DNA from: an uncultured Hyphomicrobiaceae bacterium
GTDB lineage: Bacteria > Pseudomonadota > Alphaproteobacteria > Rhizobiales > CALHAX01
Assembly (NCBI GenBank): GCA_937931785.1
Contig: CALHAX010000069.1
Location: forward strand, 53,837-117,836
Reading direction: 5' to 3'
Length of the DNA stretch: 64,000 nt
The notes beneath the pieces are model-generated. The model had not been told where the DNA came from. It saw only the letters and a list, made by a program, of their open reading frames with translations, and did no database searches. Below are positions 1 to 8,821 of this stretch, in pieces (position 1 is the first letter of the stretch; the number at the start of each line of letters is the position of its first letter). Made by a program: the position numbers and the translations under genes.

Positions 1-509
1 ATGTTGAGTTCGATTGTTTGCAGACCTGTGTCCACTTCGCGGGTGACCATGGCCTTGTCGCCATTGATTTCCAGCTTCGACGCGAAGGTGCCCTGTGGCC
101 ACCCCAGCATTGCAGCAAGCATCTGGCCGGTCTGATTGCAGTCATCGTCGATCGCCTGTTTGCCGACGATCACGATGCCAGGCTGCTCGTCCTCAACGAT
201 TTTCTTGAGCATCTTGGCAACGGCCAGCGGTTCGACGAGGTCGTCCGTCTGCACCAGAATGCCGCGGTCTGCGCCCATGGCCAGCGCTGTGCGGATGGTT
301 TCCTGAGATTTTTCAGGCCCGACGGAAACCGCAATGATTTCCTCCGCCACACCGGCTTCCTTAAGGCGGATCGCCTGTTCGACCGAAATTTCATCGAACG
401 GATTCATGGACATTTTGACGTTGGCCAATTCAACGCCGGAGCCATCAGCTTTGACTCGGATTTTCACGTTGTAATCGACAACGCGTTTGACGGGCACGAG
501 GACTTTCAT
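1..509 (-). CDS. etfB: electron transfer flavoprotein beta subunit (N-terminal ~169 aa; 3' end runs off the window start)
   Basis: Reverse-strand translation from the ATG at 509-507 reads [50 protein letters not shown]...[32 protein letters not shown], the canonical EtfB N-terminus. It is missing from the ORF track because no stop lies inside the window. The listed + ORF 18..536 is its antisense shadow. Confidence 0.9.
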   Translation of the reverse strand, partial: MKVLVPVKRVVDYNVKIRVKADGSGVELANVKMSMNPFDEISVEQAIRLKEAGVAEEIIAVSVGPEKSQETIRTALAMGADRGILVQTDDLVEPLAVAKMLKKIVEDEQPGIVIVGKQAIDDDCNQTGQMLAAMLGWPQGTFASKLEINGDKAMVTREVDTGLQTIELN

Positions 510-726
510 CGGGCGCACTTCTCCGCGAGCGTATAGGGTGAGCAATTCGTTTATCGAACCGGCGTCAGACGCCGACCATGCGTATTCCAACCGCAAGGTG
601 TTGGACCGCCTGCGATAGTGGCCGGACGGTAGTGACCACGTTTTGGGGTGTCAATCGCCGGGTGGCCATCTGATGACGAAAACCTAAAGTGCGTCGAGAC
701 GACGCAAGCAATTGGCACCAGCCGCG

Positions 727-1149
727 TCAGTCAACTGGTTCTCCGGGCCAACGCTCAGTACCAGCAGGTATGTTCACACCGTCAAGTTTTTTGTCTGTCC
801 AGATGTGAATGGCATCCTGGATGGAAATCGGCATGTCGAGCGTACCGCCTTTGACACTTACGTTTTGAGGTGCGGCACTCCGTCGATGCCAGAGCCTGGT
901 TCCGCATTTCGGGCAGAACACGCACTCAAGTTCTCCGCCGCTGTCCGTCTTGCGGGTGAAGGATTTCGGTTCACCAGACCGCAACAAAACCTCACTGGTT
1001 GGCACAATAACCGAAATCCCAAATGCCGAGCTCGACTGTCGCTGGCATTCGCGACAATGACAGACGTAGAGCGCAGTCGGCTCTGCCGGACAGTCGTACC
1101 GGATGAAACCGCACTGGCACCCGCCTGCCTGTTTCGCCGTTGTCATCAT
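727..1149 (-). CDS. GFA family protein (glutathione-dependent formaldehyde-activating / CENP-V fold)
   Basis: 140 aa with the cysteine pattern CQCG...CHCRECQ...CPKCG typical of GFA zinc sites. 4-nt overlap with the stop of the upstream rhomboid gene suggests an operon. Confidence 0.8.
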   Translation of the reverse strand: MMTTAKQAGGCQCGFIRYDCPAEPTALYVCHCRECQRQSSSAFGISVIVPTSEVLLRSGEPKSFTRKTDSGGELECVFCPKCGTRLWHRRSAAPQNVSVKGGTLDMPISIQDAIHIWTDKKLDGVNIPAGTERWPGEPVD

Positions 1150-1856
1150 GCTGACGTTTCAAGCCCGCGATCGAAGAGCGGCACGTCATTACGTTTCATG
1201 ACTATGATGAGCACTACACCGGCGAGCAGACCGCCAACATGTGCCCACCAGGCTACGGGGCCGCCCTGAGGGATCAACACCATGGCAAATTGCATCAAGA
1301 TCCACGCACCGAGTGCCCAAAACGCAGCGATCTGGAATGGAATCACGCGCATGACCAACACCCAGAGTTGCACTTTCGGATGCAGCATCAGGTAGGCGGC
1401 CACACATCCCGCAACCGCGCCGCTTGCCCCGATCAGGGGAACGGACGCTGATTCAGGCGACATGTACACATGCATCAGGCCGGCCAGAACACCGCACAGC
1501 AGATAGAAAATCAGGAACCGGGTGTGCCCCATAGCGTCTTCGATATTGTCGCCAAAAACCCATAAAAACAACATGTTACCCGCAAGATGAAAGATGTCTG
1601 CGTGCATGAACATATATGTGATGAGCGTCCCGCGTTCCGGCACCCCGAGGCCGTCAAACGGCTCGCCGTGGACCACGGGACCCCAAAGGCCTTCGGTCAA
1701 TAATTCGTTGGGCACCAGCGCCATGCCCACCGCCTGACTGCCCACGATCTGTTCGGCGAGAAAGTACACAGCGACATTCACTGCGATCAGCGCCACCGTC
1801 ACGAATTGATAGGGGATTGATGTAAGCGGGTTCTTGTCGCTGATCGGAACGAACAC
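1146..1856 (-). CDS. rhomboid family intramembrane serine protease
   Basis: Polytopic membrane protein with the GASGAVAG catalytic-serine motif and a downstream WAHVGG histidine motif. Confidence 0.8.
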   Translation of the reverse strand: MFVPISDKNPLTSIPYQFVTVALIAVNVAVYFLAEQIVGSQAVGMALVPNELLTEGLWGPVVHGEPFDGLGVPERGTLITYMFMHADIFHLAGNMLFLWVFGDNIEDAMGHTRFLIFYLLCGVLAGLMHVYMSPESASVPLIGASGAVAGCVAAYLMLHPKVQLWVLVMRVIPFQIAAFWALGAWILMQFAMVLIPQGGPVAWWAHVGGLLAGVVLIIVMKRNDVPLFDRGLETSA

Positions 1857-1931
1857 TTGGTGCAGCCTTCTACAGAATTGATCCGCGGACGGTAACTGGT
1901 TTGCTGGAGGCGGCCTAGTGCTGGATTGCCT

Positions 1932-2516
1932 CTACCGGTTTGCGCCGGGAACCCATAGCTCGTCACCGGCTCCCTTGTTGTTGACGTAGCGGCTTGCGAC
2001 AAAGAGGAAATCGGAAAGGCGGTTGATGTACTTGAGAGCGGCGGCGCTGACGGGTTCGCTATCGTCTGCCGCCAGTTCCACCATCAGACGTTCAGCCCGG
2101 CGTGACACGGTGCGCGCCACGTGCAGCTGTGCGGCCGCCATTGTGCCACCTGGCAGCACGAACGAGCGCAGCGGTTCCAGTTCGGCGTTCAGGGTATCGA
2201 TGTCGCCTTCGAGACGGTCTACCTGTGCATCCACAATTCTCAGTGGTTCGTACTCCAGTTTTTCTCCGTTGTCGGGCGTACAGAGATCGGCACCGAGATC
2301 GAAAAGGTCGTTCTGAATGCGGGCCAGCATCGGGCTGACCGTTCCCTCGCCTTCGGTGGCGAGCGTCAGGCGTGCGACACCGAGGCAGGCATTGGTTTCA
2401 TCCACCGTGCCGTAGGACGCAATGCGCAGATCGTGCTTCGGGCGGCGTTCGCCCGTGCCAAGGGCCGTCGTGCCTGCATCGCCCGTCTTCGTGTAGATCT
2501 TGTTCAGAACAACCAT
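1932..2516 (-). CDS. ATP:cob(I)alamin adenosyltransferase, PduO type
   Basis: N-terminus MVVLNKIYTKTGDAGTTALG and the overall 194-aa helical-bundle pattern are typical of PduO-type adenosyltransferases. Confidence 0.9.
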   Translation of the reverse strand: MVVLNKIYTKTGDAGTTALGTGERRPKHDLRIASYGTVDETNACLGVARLTLATEGEGTVSPMLARIQNDLFDLGADLCTPDNGEKLEYEPLRIVDAQVDRLEGDIDTLNAELEPLRSFVLPGGTMAAAQLHVARTVSRRAERLMVELAADDSEPVSAAALKYINRLSDFLFVASRYVNNKGAGDELWVPGANR

Positions 2517-2525
2517 GATGTGCGC

Positions 2526-2705
2526 TTATCCCGCCTTGAAATAGAGGCCGAGCATCAGGATGCAGACCGCTGCAAACTGAAGTCCGACGCGCCAGCGCAT
2601 AAGCTGCTGGCTGCGACTTGTCGAACCGTCCTTGAGCATATTCCATAGCCCAAGCAACAGCACGATCACGACGGCAATAATAGCAATTGTTCCGAAGTAG
2701 GCCAT
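2526..2705 (-). CDS. twin transmembrane helix small protein (HIG1-like), 59 aa
   Basis: Not in the ORF track (under 60 aa). ATG at 2705-2703, TAA at 2528-2526. Translation is MAYFGTIAIIAVVIVLLLGLWNMLKDGSTSRSQQLMRWRVGLQFAAVCILMLGLYFKAG: two hydrophobic helices separated by a basic loop. An AGGAG Shine-Dalgarno lies 5 nt upstream, and the gene ends 10 nt before the PduO-type gene start. Confidence 0.65.
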   Translation of the reverse strand: MAYFGTIAIIAVVIVLLLGLWNMLKDGSTSRSQQLMRWRVGLQFAAVCILMLGLYFKAG

Positions 2706-2762
2706 GTCTGCTCCTGTCGGAGATGCTGCAAAATTTCGTGCGAATGTCGTAGATACGTTCTG

Positions 2763-3599
2763 TCAGGCCCCGGCGATCATACGGTTGGCAAGTCGCGGTG
2801 GCAGGAACCGAAGGCCCCATGCTGCGAAGTGCGTCGGCCATGTGACTTTATATGTGAGTTTCGGGCGCGGACTTTCAACCGCGTGGATCAGTTTTTTGAG
2901 AACGGCGTCCGGACCGAGCTTGAATGTCGTCTTGCCACCGGACTTCATGCCCTCAAGCCTGACACGATATTTTTCCGCATGCGGCGAGGCGTCCATATCT
3001 ACGTTCGTCACCAGCGCATTCAGTGCGTGCTCGACGAACCGGCTTTCAATGGGACCAGGTTGAATTGATGACACCAGAATGCCGGAACCTTCCAGTTCAA
3101 AGCGCATGGAACAGGTGAGCGCTTCCAATGCATGCTTGGATGCATTGTAGGCTCCCCGCCAGGGTGGCGAGATGAACCCAAGCACCGAGGAACATTGAAC
3201 AATCCGTCCACAGCCATTGGCGCGCATTGCCGGGATGATCCGGTTGGTCAGATCGTGCCAGGCGAACACATTGGTTTCGAACTGGGTGCGCAGGGCGTCG
3301 AGCGTCAGGTCTTCCACGGCGCCGGGCTGGCCGTATGCGGCGTTGTTAAAGAGCGCGTATAGCTTGCCATTGGTTCGGGCGAGCACCGTTTCCGCGCAGG
3401 CTGCTATCGACTGCGGATCGAGCAATTCAAGACGCAGGGCTTCCAATCCCTCCGCCTCAAGCATGGCGAGATCGGCGTCTGAGCGGGCGGTCGCGAAAAC
3501 CCGCCAGCCCCGATCACGCAAACCACGTGCGCAGGCCAAGCCAATTCCAGACGAGCAGCCGGTGATCAGGATCGATTTATCAGTATCTGTTGCGGTCAT
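2763..3599 (-). CDS. SDR family oxidoreductase
   Basis: ILITGCSSGIGLACA (TGxxxGIG), NNAAYG and YNASK (YxxxK) motifs. I prefer the internal ATG at 3599 (MTATDTDKSILITG) over the track start at 3656. Confidence 0.85.
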   Translation of the reverse strand: MTATDTDKSILITGCSSGIGLACARGLRDRGWRVFATARSDADLAMLEAEGLEALRLELLDPQSIAACAETVLARTNGKLYALFNNAAYGQPGAVEDLTLDALRTQFETNVFAWHDLTNRIIPAMRANGCGRIVQCSSVLGFISPPWRGAYNASKHALEALTCSMRFELEGSGILVSSIQPGPIESRFVEHALNALVTNVDMDASPHAEKYRVRLEGMKSGGKTTFKLGPDAVLKKLIHAVESPRPKLTYKVTWPTHFAAWGLRFLPPRLANRMIAGA

Positions 3600-3675
3600 G
3601 GCGGACCGTGTACCGTGTGTGATGGCGGGGTGGAAGGCTCCGTTTCGACACACCACAGTTTTAACGGATCATTCG

Positions 3676-4845
3676 ATGGACAATTCACACCTGCCGCCTG
3701 ACGCCTCAGCGGAAACCTTCGCTGCCCAAGGCGGTGGGGGCCATGATCCGGAGACAGGCGCTGTCCTGCCAGCCGTGCAGTTCGCCACCACCTATCTGCG
3801 CGATCCGGATAACGCGTATTCGTCCGGCTACAGCTATCGGCGCGATGACAATCCGAACGTGCGACAAGCCGAGGCCGTGTTGCGGCGACTGGAAGGGACC
3901 GACGGTCCTGCGCTGCTTTATTCCTCCGGTATGTCGGCCGCTATAAGCCTTTTTCTGGCTTTGCCACTGCCCGCGCGCATCCTGGCACCAGAGGTGATGT
4001 ACTGGGGTTTGCGGCAATGGCTGAAGCTTGACGGCCCCCGCCACGGGATTACGACAACGTTCGTCGATTTTGCCGATCCGGATGCGGTTGCTGCAGCGTT
4101 GACGCAGGATCGACCGAACCTGGTGTGGATCGAGACACCCGGCAACCCAATGTGGAATATCACGGACATACGCTCCGTTGCAGCTCAGGCTCATGCGGCA
4201 GGTGCCTTGCTGGCTTGCGACTCAACCGTGGCGACACCGGTTCACACGCGACCGCTCGTGCTCGGTGCGGATGTTGTCATGCATTCGGTGTCGAAATACC
4301 TGAATGGACATTCCGATGTGATTGCCGGCGCGCTGGTGTTTGCCGAGGATGGTCCGCTTGCGCAGGAGGCCGCACGCAATCGTCGCGCCATGGGGCCAAA
4401 CCTGTCGCCCATGGAAGCCATGTTGCTGCTGCGTGGGATGCGAACGTTGCATCTGCGGGTGCGCCATCAGTCTGCGGCAGCTCTCATCGTAGCGCAGCAT
4501 TTCGAGGGGCATGCACGTGTCGAGGAGGTTTTATATCCGGGGCTTCCCGGTCGCGCTGGCCACAACGTCGCGGCAAGTCAGATGACCGGAGGCTTCGGTG
4601 GCATGCTGTCCATCCGCGTCAAAGGTGGTGCTGCAGCGGCCATTTCGGTGGCGGCGCATACCAAGGTCTGGACCCGCGCCACATCGCTCGGCGGTGTCGA
4701 AAGCCTGTTGGAACACCGCGCCAGCATTGAAGGCGAGGGCACCCCCGTACCGGATGACTTGTTACGATTGAGCGTTGGCCTTGAAGATGTCGATGATCTG
4801 ATTGCCGACCTCGAACAAGCGCTGGATGCGTTCGCGCATGTTTGA
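3676..4845 (+). CDS. Cys/Met-metabolism PLP-dependent enzyme (cystathionine gamma-synthase/lyase family)
   Basis: PLP-lysine motif SVSKYLNGHSDV and family-typical N-terminus from MDNSHLPP. The track ORF (3217..4845) has a 5' extension antisense to the SDR gene, so the start is moved to the ATG at 3676. Confidence 0.85.
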   Translation: MDNSHLPPDASAETFAAQGGGGHDPETGAVLPAVQFATTYLRDPDNAYSSGYSYRRDDNPNVRQAEAVLRRLEGTDGPALLYSSGMSAAISLFLALPLPARILAPEVMYWGLRQWLKLDGPRHGITTTFVDFADPDAVAAALTQDRPNLVWIETPGNPMWNITDIRSVAAQAHAAGALLACDSTVATPVHTRPLVLGADVVMHSVSKYLNGHSDVIAGALVFAEDGPLAQEAARNRRAMGPNLSPMEAMLLLRGMRTLHLRVRHQSAAALIVAQHFEGHARVEEVLYPGLPGRAGHNVAASQMTGGFGGMLSIRVKGGAAAAISVAAHTKVWTRATSLGGVESLLEHRASIEGEGTPVPDDLLRLSVGLEDVDDLIADLEQALDAFAHV

Positions 4846-5647
4846 CGGAGCGGTGGGGGTCGCTGGATGTGGCCGCATGGGATTGCCGATGGCACGAGCT
4901 CTGCACGCTGCGGGAATTGAGGTCTTTGGATTCGACATTCGCCCGCCCAATGCGTTTGGTGATTTTTCCTCTCGTATGTTGTCCGACCCCGATGCATTTG
5001 CAAAAACGTGCAGCGTCCTCCTGACTGTGGTGCGAGACACCACACAGACGGATGATGTGCTGTTTAACGCACAAGCCATGTTCGCCCGCGATTATTCCAT
5101 CAAAACGCTGGTGGTCTGCTCGACGTTATCACCGCGCTACGTGACGGCACTTCGGACGCGTGTTCCAGCAGAAATCACGTTGGTGGATGCCCCCATGTCG
5201 GGAGCTGCAATCGCCGCCGAAGAGGCTCGCCTCTCGTTCATGCTTGGAGGCGACGACGGCGTGCTCGACCGATTGCAACCACTGTTCGATGCCATGGGAA
5301 CCAAATTCCATCGTATGGGTGGTTTCGGCGCAGGCATGACGGCCAAGGTGCTGAATAACTTTGTTGCGGCATCATCAACCGTTGCCGTGCGCCAGTCACT
5401 CGCCTGGGCGCAAGAGCTGGGGGTAGACCGCGAACGGTTGCTGGCCCTGATGCACGACAGTTCAGGGCAAACATGGTTTGGGTCACATTTCGACGCAATC
5501 GAATTTGCCCGCGACGGCTACGCGCCGGGTAATACTATTGGCATTCTGGAAAAGGACGTGGAAAGTGCACTGGATGCCGTGCAAACCGTTGGCCCATTGC
5601 CTGAGGCCGTGATCGCTGCGTTGCGTGAACTGGAGGACGAGACCTGA
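4838..5647 (+). CDS. NAD(P)-dependent oxidoreductase (3-hydroxyisobutyrate dehydrogenase family)
   Basis: GxGxxG motif VGVAGCGRMGLPMA at the N-terminus. The ATG at 4838 overlaps the upstream stop (ATGTTTGA). Confidence 0.8.
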   Translation: MFDGAVGVAGCGRMGLPMARALHAAGIEVFGFDIRPPNAFGDFSSRMLSDPDAFAKTCSVLLTVVRDTTQTDDVLFNAQAMFARDYSIKTLVVCSTLSPRYVTALRTRVPAEITLVDAPMSGAAIAAEEARLSFMLGGDDGVLDRLQPLFDAMGTKFHRMGGFGAGMTAKVLNNFVAASSTVAVRQSLAWAQELGVDRERLLALMHDSSGQTWFGSHFDAIEFARDGYAPGNTIGILEKDVESALDAVQTVGPLPEAVIAALRELEDET

Positions 5648-5648
5648 G

Positions 5649-6023
5649 ATGACAGACCACAAGACCGAGAATTTCTTCCGCCTTGATGATTTGGCACAAG
5701 GCATCGCACGCACTTTGTGTGAAGGTGTTACCACGCGGGTTTTTCCGGGCGATCAGGCGATGGTGTCGGTCGTGCGGTTTGAACCCAATGCGGAAGGCAC
5801 CCTGCATGACCATCCGGAGGAGCAGTGGGGTGTTCTGCTGGAGGGATCCGGCATCCGCATTCAGGGTGATGAGGAAATTCCGATTGGCAAAGGGGACTTC
5901 TGGCGCACTCCCGGCGGCGTGCCACATACCATGCGATCCGGACCTGACGGGCTTGTCGTTCTGGATGTTTTTGCTCCACCACGGGACGCGTACAAGAAGG
6001 CGGGTTCGGGGTTTGGCGGGTGA
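5649..6023 (+). CDS. cupin domain-containing protein
   Basis: HDHPEEQWGVLLEGSG ... GGVPHT cupin metal-binding motifs. The ATG lies 1 nt after the upstream stop. Confidence 0.75.
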   Translation: MTDHKTENFFRLDDLAQGIARTLCEGVTTRVFPGDQAMVSVVRFEPNAEGTLHDHPEEQWGVLLEGSGIRIQGDEEIPIGKGDFWRTPGGVPHTMRSGPDGLVVLDVFAPPRDAYKKAGSGFGG

Positions 6024-6143
6024 GAGATATCTTTGCCCGAAACCTTCCGTTTTTGACGTCGTATACACTGCTTGAGGATTGCACTGAGTGGTCCGATCAA
6101 TGAGCGACGCCTATCAAAACATATTTGAGGCCGCTCTTCGCCG

Positions 6144-7082
6144 ATGACCGAAGTTCTCAATACTGTTGCACCGGTCTTCGGACTGATTGCGCTTGGCTGG
6201 CTTGCAGCACGGTTCGGGCTACTGCACGAAGCTGCAGACAAGGGCCTTGCCAGTTTCGTGTTCACCATCGCGATGCCGGCCTTGCTGTTTCGAACCATGG
6301 CGACAATCACGCTCCCTGAAGGATCGTCGCTGCTCTTGCTGGCCGCGTTCATGGGCTCCGCCGCGGTGACGTGGGTTCTTGCGACGGTCATGACGCGCGT
6401 GCCACTTGGTCGTCCGTTAGCTGACAGCGCCTCTATTGGCATGGGAGCGACGTTCGGCAACACCGTCATGATGGGCATTCCTCTGTCGGTGGGCCATTTT
6501 GGAGATCAGGCGATTGCTCCGCTTGCCGTGGTTGTGGCCGTGCATGCGCCGGCGATGTGGTTGGTTGCGACGCTGCAGAATGAAGCAATCAACCAGGATG
6601 GGACGCGTACACCCTTCGTGATTGTTCGCGATCTGATCAGCGATCTGGTGCGCAACCCGATTCTGATTGGGATCGTTCTGGGAAGTGTCTGGCGCACGAC
6701 GGGACTGGAAATCCCCGCCATTCCAGACAAGATTATCTCCTATCTTGCAGCGGCCGGAATCCCGGGCGCTCTTTTCGCGTTAGGGTTGTCTCTCGCGAAA
6801 TATGCAATCCGCGGACAAAGCGGCACTCTGGCCGTCATGAGCTTGCTTAAACTGATCGTCATGCCCGCTGTTGCCTGGGTTCTTGCTGATCAGATCTTCG
6901 AGCTGCCGCCCCTGTGGACCGGGGTTGCCGTCATACTGGCAGCCTGCCCAACGGGGGCAAATGCGTTCCTGTTTGCCAGCCAGTACGAGCGTGCCGTCGC
7001 GTCCGTCTCCGGGTCCGTGGCGCTGGGAACGGTGCTGTCTGTGGTCACGATAACGGCACTGCTTGCGGTGCTGCCACGCTAG
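6144..7082 (+). CDS. AEC (auxin efflux carrier) family transporter
   Basis: 312-aa polytopic membrane protein. The N-terminus MTEVLNTVAPVFGLIALGWLAARFG and the two-halves topology are typical of the AEC family. Confidence 0.8.
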   Translation: MTEVLNTVAPVFGLIALGWLAARFGLLHEAADKGLASFVFTIAMPALLFRTMATITLPEGSSLLLLAAFMGSAAVTWVLATVMTRVPLGRPLADSASIGMGATFGNTVMMGIPLSVGHFGDQAIAPLAVVVAVHAPAMWLVATLQNEAINQDGTRTPFVIVRDLISDLVRNPILIGIVLGSVWRTTGLEIPAIPDKIISYLAAAGIPGALFALGLSLAKYAIRGQSGTLAVMSLLKLIVMPAVAWVLADQIFELPPLWTGVAVILAACPTGANAFLFASQYERAVASVSGSVALGTVLSVVTITALLAVLPR

Positions 7083-7256
7083 CATTCATCGTGCCTGCAT
7101 GTTCTCTTGGACACGGCGCACCTGTCGTCTTAGTTCGTAGATAGAGTTTGATACCCGGTCTGCATACCCATCACTGAACGCTCGCGAGCACGTCGGTGGT
7201 CCCGACTCTTGCTGAAACCGCTCCACATTCCGCCGCCCCGAACCTGAAAGCGCGTC

Positions 7257-8327
7257 ATGTCCAAAAAATCGTTTGCAGCGGAAGCCAAGGCACCCAAAAA
7301 GGGCAAAGCGGACAAATCCGCCCCGAAGCAGGGGGCCAAAGTCAAGCAGCCACCAATGCTGTTCGACCAAACGCAGAAGCTGCTCAAGAAGATTGAAGCC
7401 ACATGCGGGCGAAGGGTTTTGTCCTACTGGACATCGCACCGCGGGCGGGTGTGTGACGCCGACGTGTTGGCGCTTCACAAGCTGCTGCGACGGGTCGGTC
7501 GGCTGGACGAGGCCACGCTCTTCCTGAAGTCCGATGGTGGCGATCCGGAAGCCGCGCTGCGGATCGTGCATCTGATCCGGGAATACGTCGGATCGCTCAA
7601 CGCGCTGGTGCCGCTTGAATGTGCGTCGGCTGCGACGATTGTTGCGCTTGGAGCGGACGAAATTCATATGGGACCGCTGGCGCATCTTTCAGCGATTGAT
7701 TCCTCATTGCGACATGACCTTTCGCCGATCGACGAGATCGACAATTCGCGGGTCAGCGTGAGCCAAGATGAGTTGTCACGGATTGTACGGCTTTGGAATG
7801 CAGAATCCAAAGACCATCATGCCAATCCGTACACCGATATGTTCAAGCATATTCATCCACTTGTGGTTGGTGCGATAGACCGGTCATCCTCGCTTTCGAT
7901 GAAGATTTGCCGCGAGGTGCTCGGATACCATATCGATGACGATGAAAAATGTGAGTCGATCAGCGCCAACCTCAACTCGAATTATCCGTCCCATACGTAC
8001 CCGATCACGTCACGTGAGGCAGGACGACTTGGCTTGCCGGTCTCCGAACTCAGCAGCGAATTGAACGAGATGCTTCTGGAGTTGAACGAGCTCTACTCCG
8101 AGATGGCACAGAAAGCGTTGACCGATTTCGACGCACAGAATTATCACGACAACGAAATTCTCAACATCATCGAAGCGGACGGCATGCAGGTGTTTTACCA
8201 GAACGACAAGGACTGGAACTACATCAAGGAAGAACGCCGCTGGCAGCCATTGAACGACGAGAGTTCGTGGCGGATCATCGAGATTGTGGACGGCAAGAAG
8301 CGGAAGTCCAACTTCCATATCCGATAG
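7257..8327 (+). CDS. SDH-family (ClpP/SppA-fold) serine proteinase homologue with Lys-rich N-terminal tail
   Basis: Core segment VLSYWTSHRG...LFLKSDGGDPEAALRIVHLIRE...PLECASAATIVALGADEIHMGPLAHLSAID matches the pattern of SDH_sah/ClpP-fold proteases (serine in the ...ASAAT... position). The N-terminal 33 aa are K/A/P-rich (MSKKSFAAEAKAPKKGKADKSAPKQGAKVKQPP). Confidence 0.6.
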   Translation: MSKKSFAAEAKAPKKGKADKSAPKQGAKVKQPPMLFDQTQKLLKKIEATCGRRVLSYWTSHRGRVCDADVLALHKLLRRVGRLDEATLFLKSDGGDPEAALRIVHLIREYVGSLNALVPLECASAATIVALGADEIHMGPLAHLSAIDSSLRHDLSPIDEIDNSRVSVSQDELSRIVRLWNAESKDHHANPYTDMFKHIHPLVVGAIDRSSSLSMKICREVLGYHIDDDEKCESISANLNSNYPSHTYPITSREAGRLGLPVSELSSELNEMLLELNELYSEMAQKALTDFDAQNYHDNEILNIIEADGMQVFYQNDKDWNYIKEERRWQPLNDESSWRIIEIVDGKKRKSNFHIR

Positions 8328-8351
8328 GCTGAAAGTCCAGACCGCCAGGCC

Positions 8352-8738
8352 TCACGGCATGTACTGCGCAATCTCACTCCGGATTCTCGCCAGTTCATAG
8401 TCGATGCGGTCGAGACTGGTTTCGAGATCCTCAGTCGTGGCAATCGCGTTTTCCGCGTAGCTCAACGATTCCGCCGCACAAGGCTGGAGATATTCAGCCA
8501 TCATGAGAGTGGTCAGTCGGGCGGGCTCTGCAAGAGGCTGCACTGTGGGACGGGCAGCTTGCTCCGATATTCTCTCTGCAATGCGAATACGCCGCCGCTG
8601 CATGTCCGCATCAGTGCGGCCAAGCACGAATTTTGTAGCGAATACAACCGGGCGCACGATATCAAACGACAGAAATCGCAACACACCCGCGAGCGAGGAC
8701 GCTCGTTCCCTCGAGTTGTATTGATCAATCGTTACCAC
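8352..8738 (-). CDS. hypothetical protein (128 aa)
   Basis: ORF with a GTG start preceded by GAAGGGG about 8 nt upstream. The C-terminal half is helical/acidic (TTEDLETSLDRIDYELARIRSEIAQY). No motif recognised. Confidence 0.45.
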   Translation of the reverse strand: MVTIDQYNSRERASSLAGVLRFLSFDIVRPVVFATKFVLGRTDADMQRRRIRIAERISEQAARPTVQPLAEPARLTTLMMAEYLQPCAAESLSYAENAIATTEDLETSLDRIDYELARIRSEIAQYMP

Positions 8739-8821
8739 GCATTCGCCCCTTCAGTCTGCACTTATTATTCTCCATTTATTTGTGCAGGGCGAATCGTCAA
8801 CAATATGTTGATTAAGGGCTT

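Noticed and set aside
18-536. 172-aa + strand ORF at the window start
   Set aside because: It is the antisense shadow of etfB, whose minus-strand translation is unmistakable.
3217-3675. 5' extension of the 542-aa ORF upstream of the PLP enzyme
   Set aside because: The extension is antisense to the SDR gene and Arg/Ser/Ala-rich. Family-typical sequence begins only at the ATG at 3676.
3600-3675. SAM-II or other riboswitch/attenuator upstream of the transsulfuration gene (hairpin GTGTGT...ACACAC followed by GTTTTA)
   Set aside because: The 76-nt leader does not show SAM-II consensus features that I can recognise. The hairpin is A/T-G/T mixed and weak.
5861-6478. 205-aa minus-strand ORF
   Set aside because: It is antisense to the AEC transporter and cupin genes, a typical high-GC shadow ORF.
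7086-7685. 199-aa minus-strand ORF overlapping the 5' end of the protease gene
   Set aside because: It is antisense to a better-supported gene, has an Arg-rich nonsense-like composition, and lacks a ribosome-binding site.
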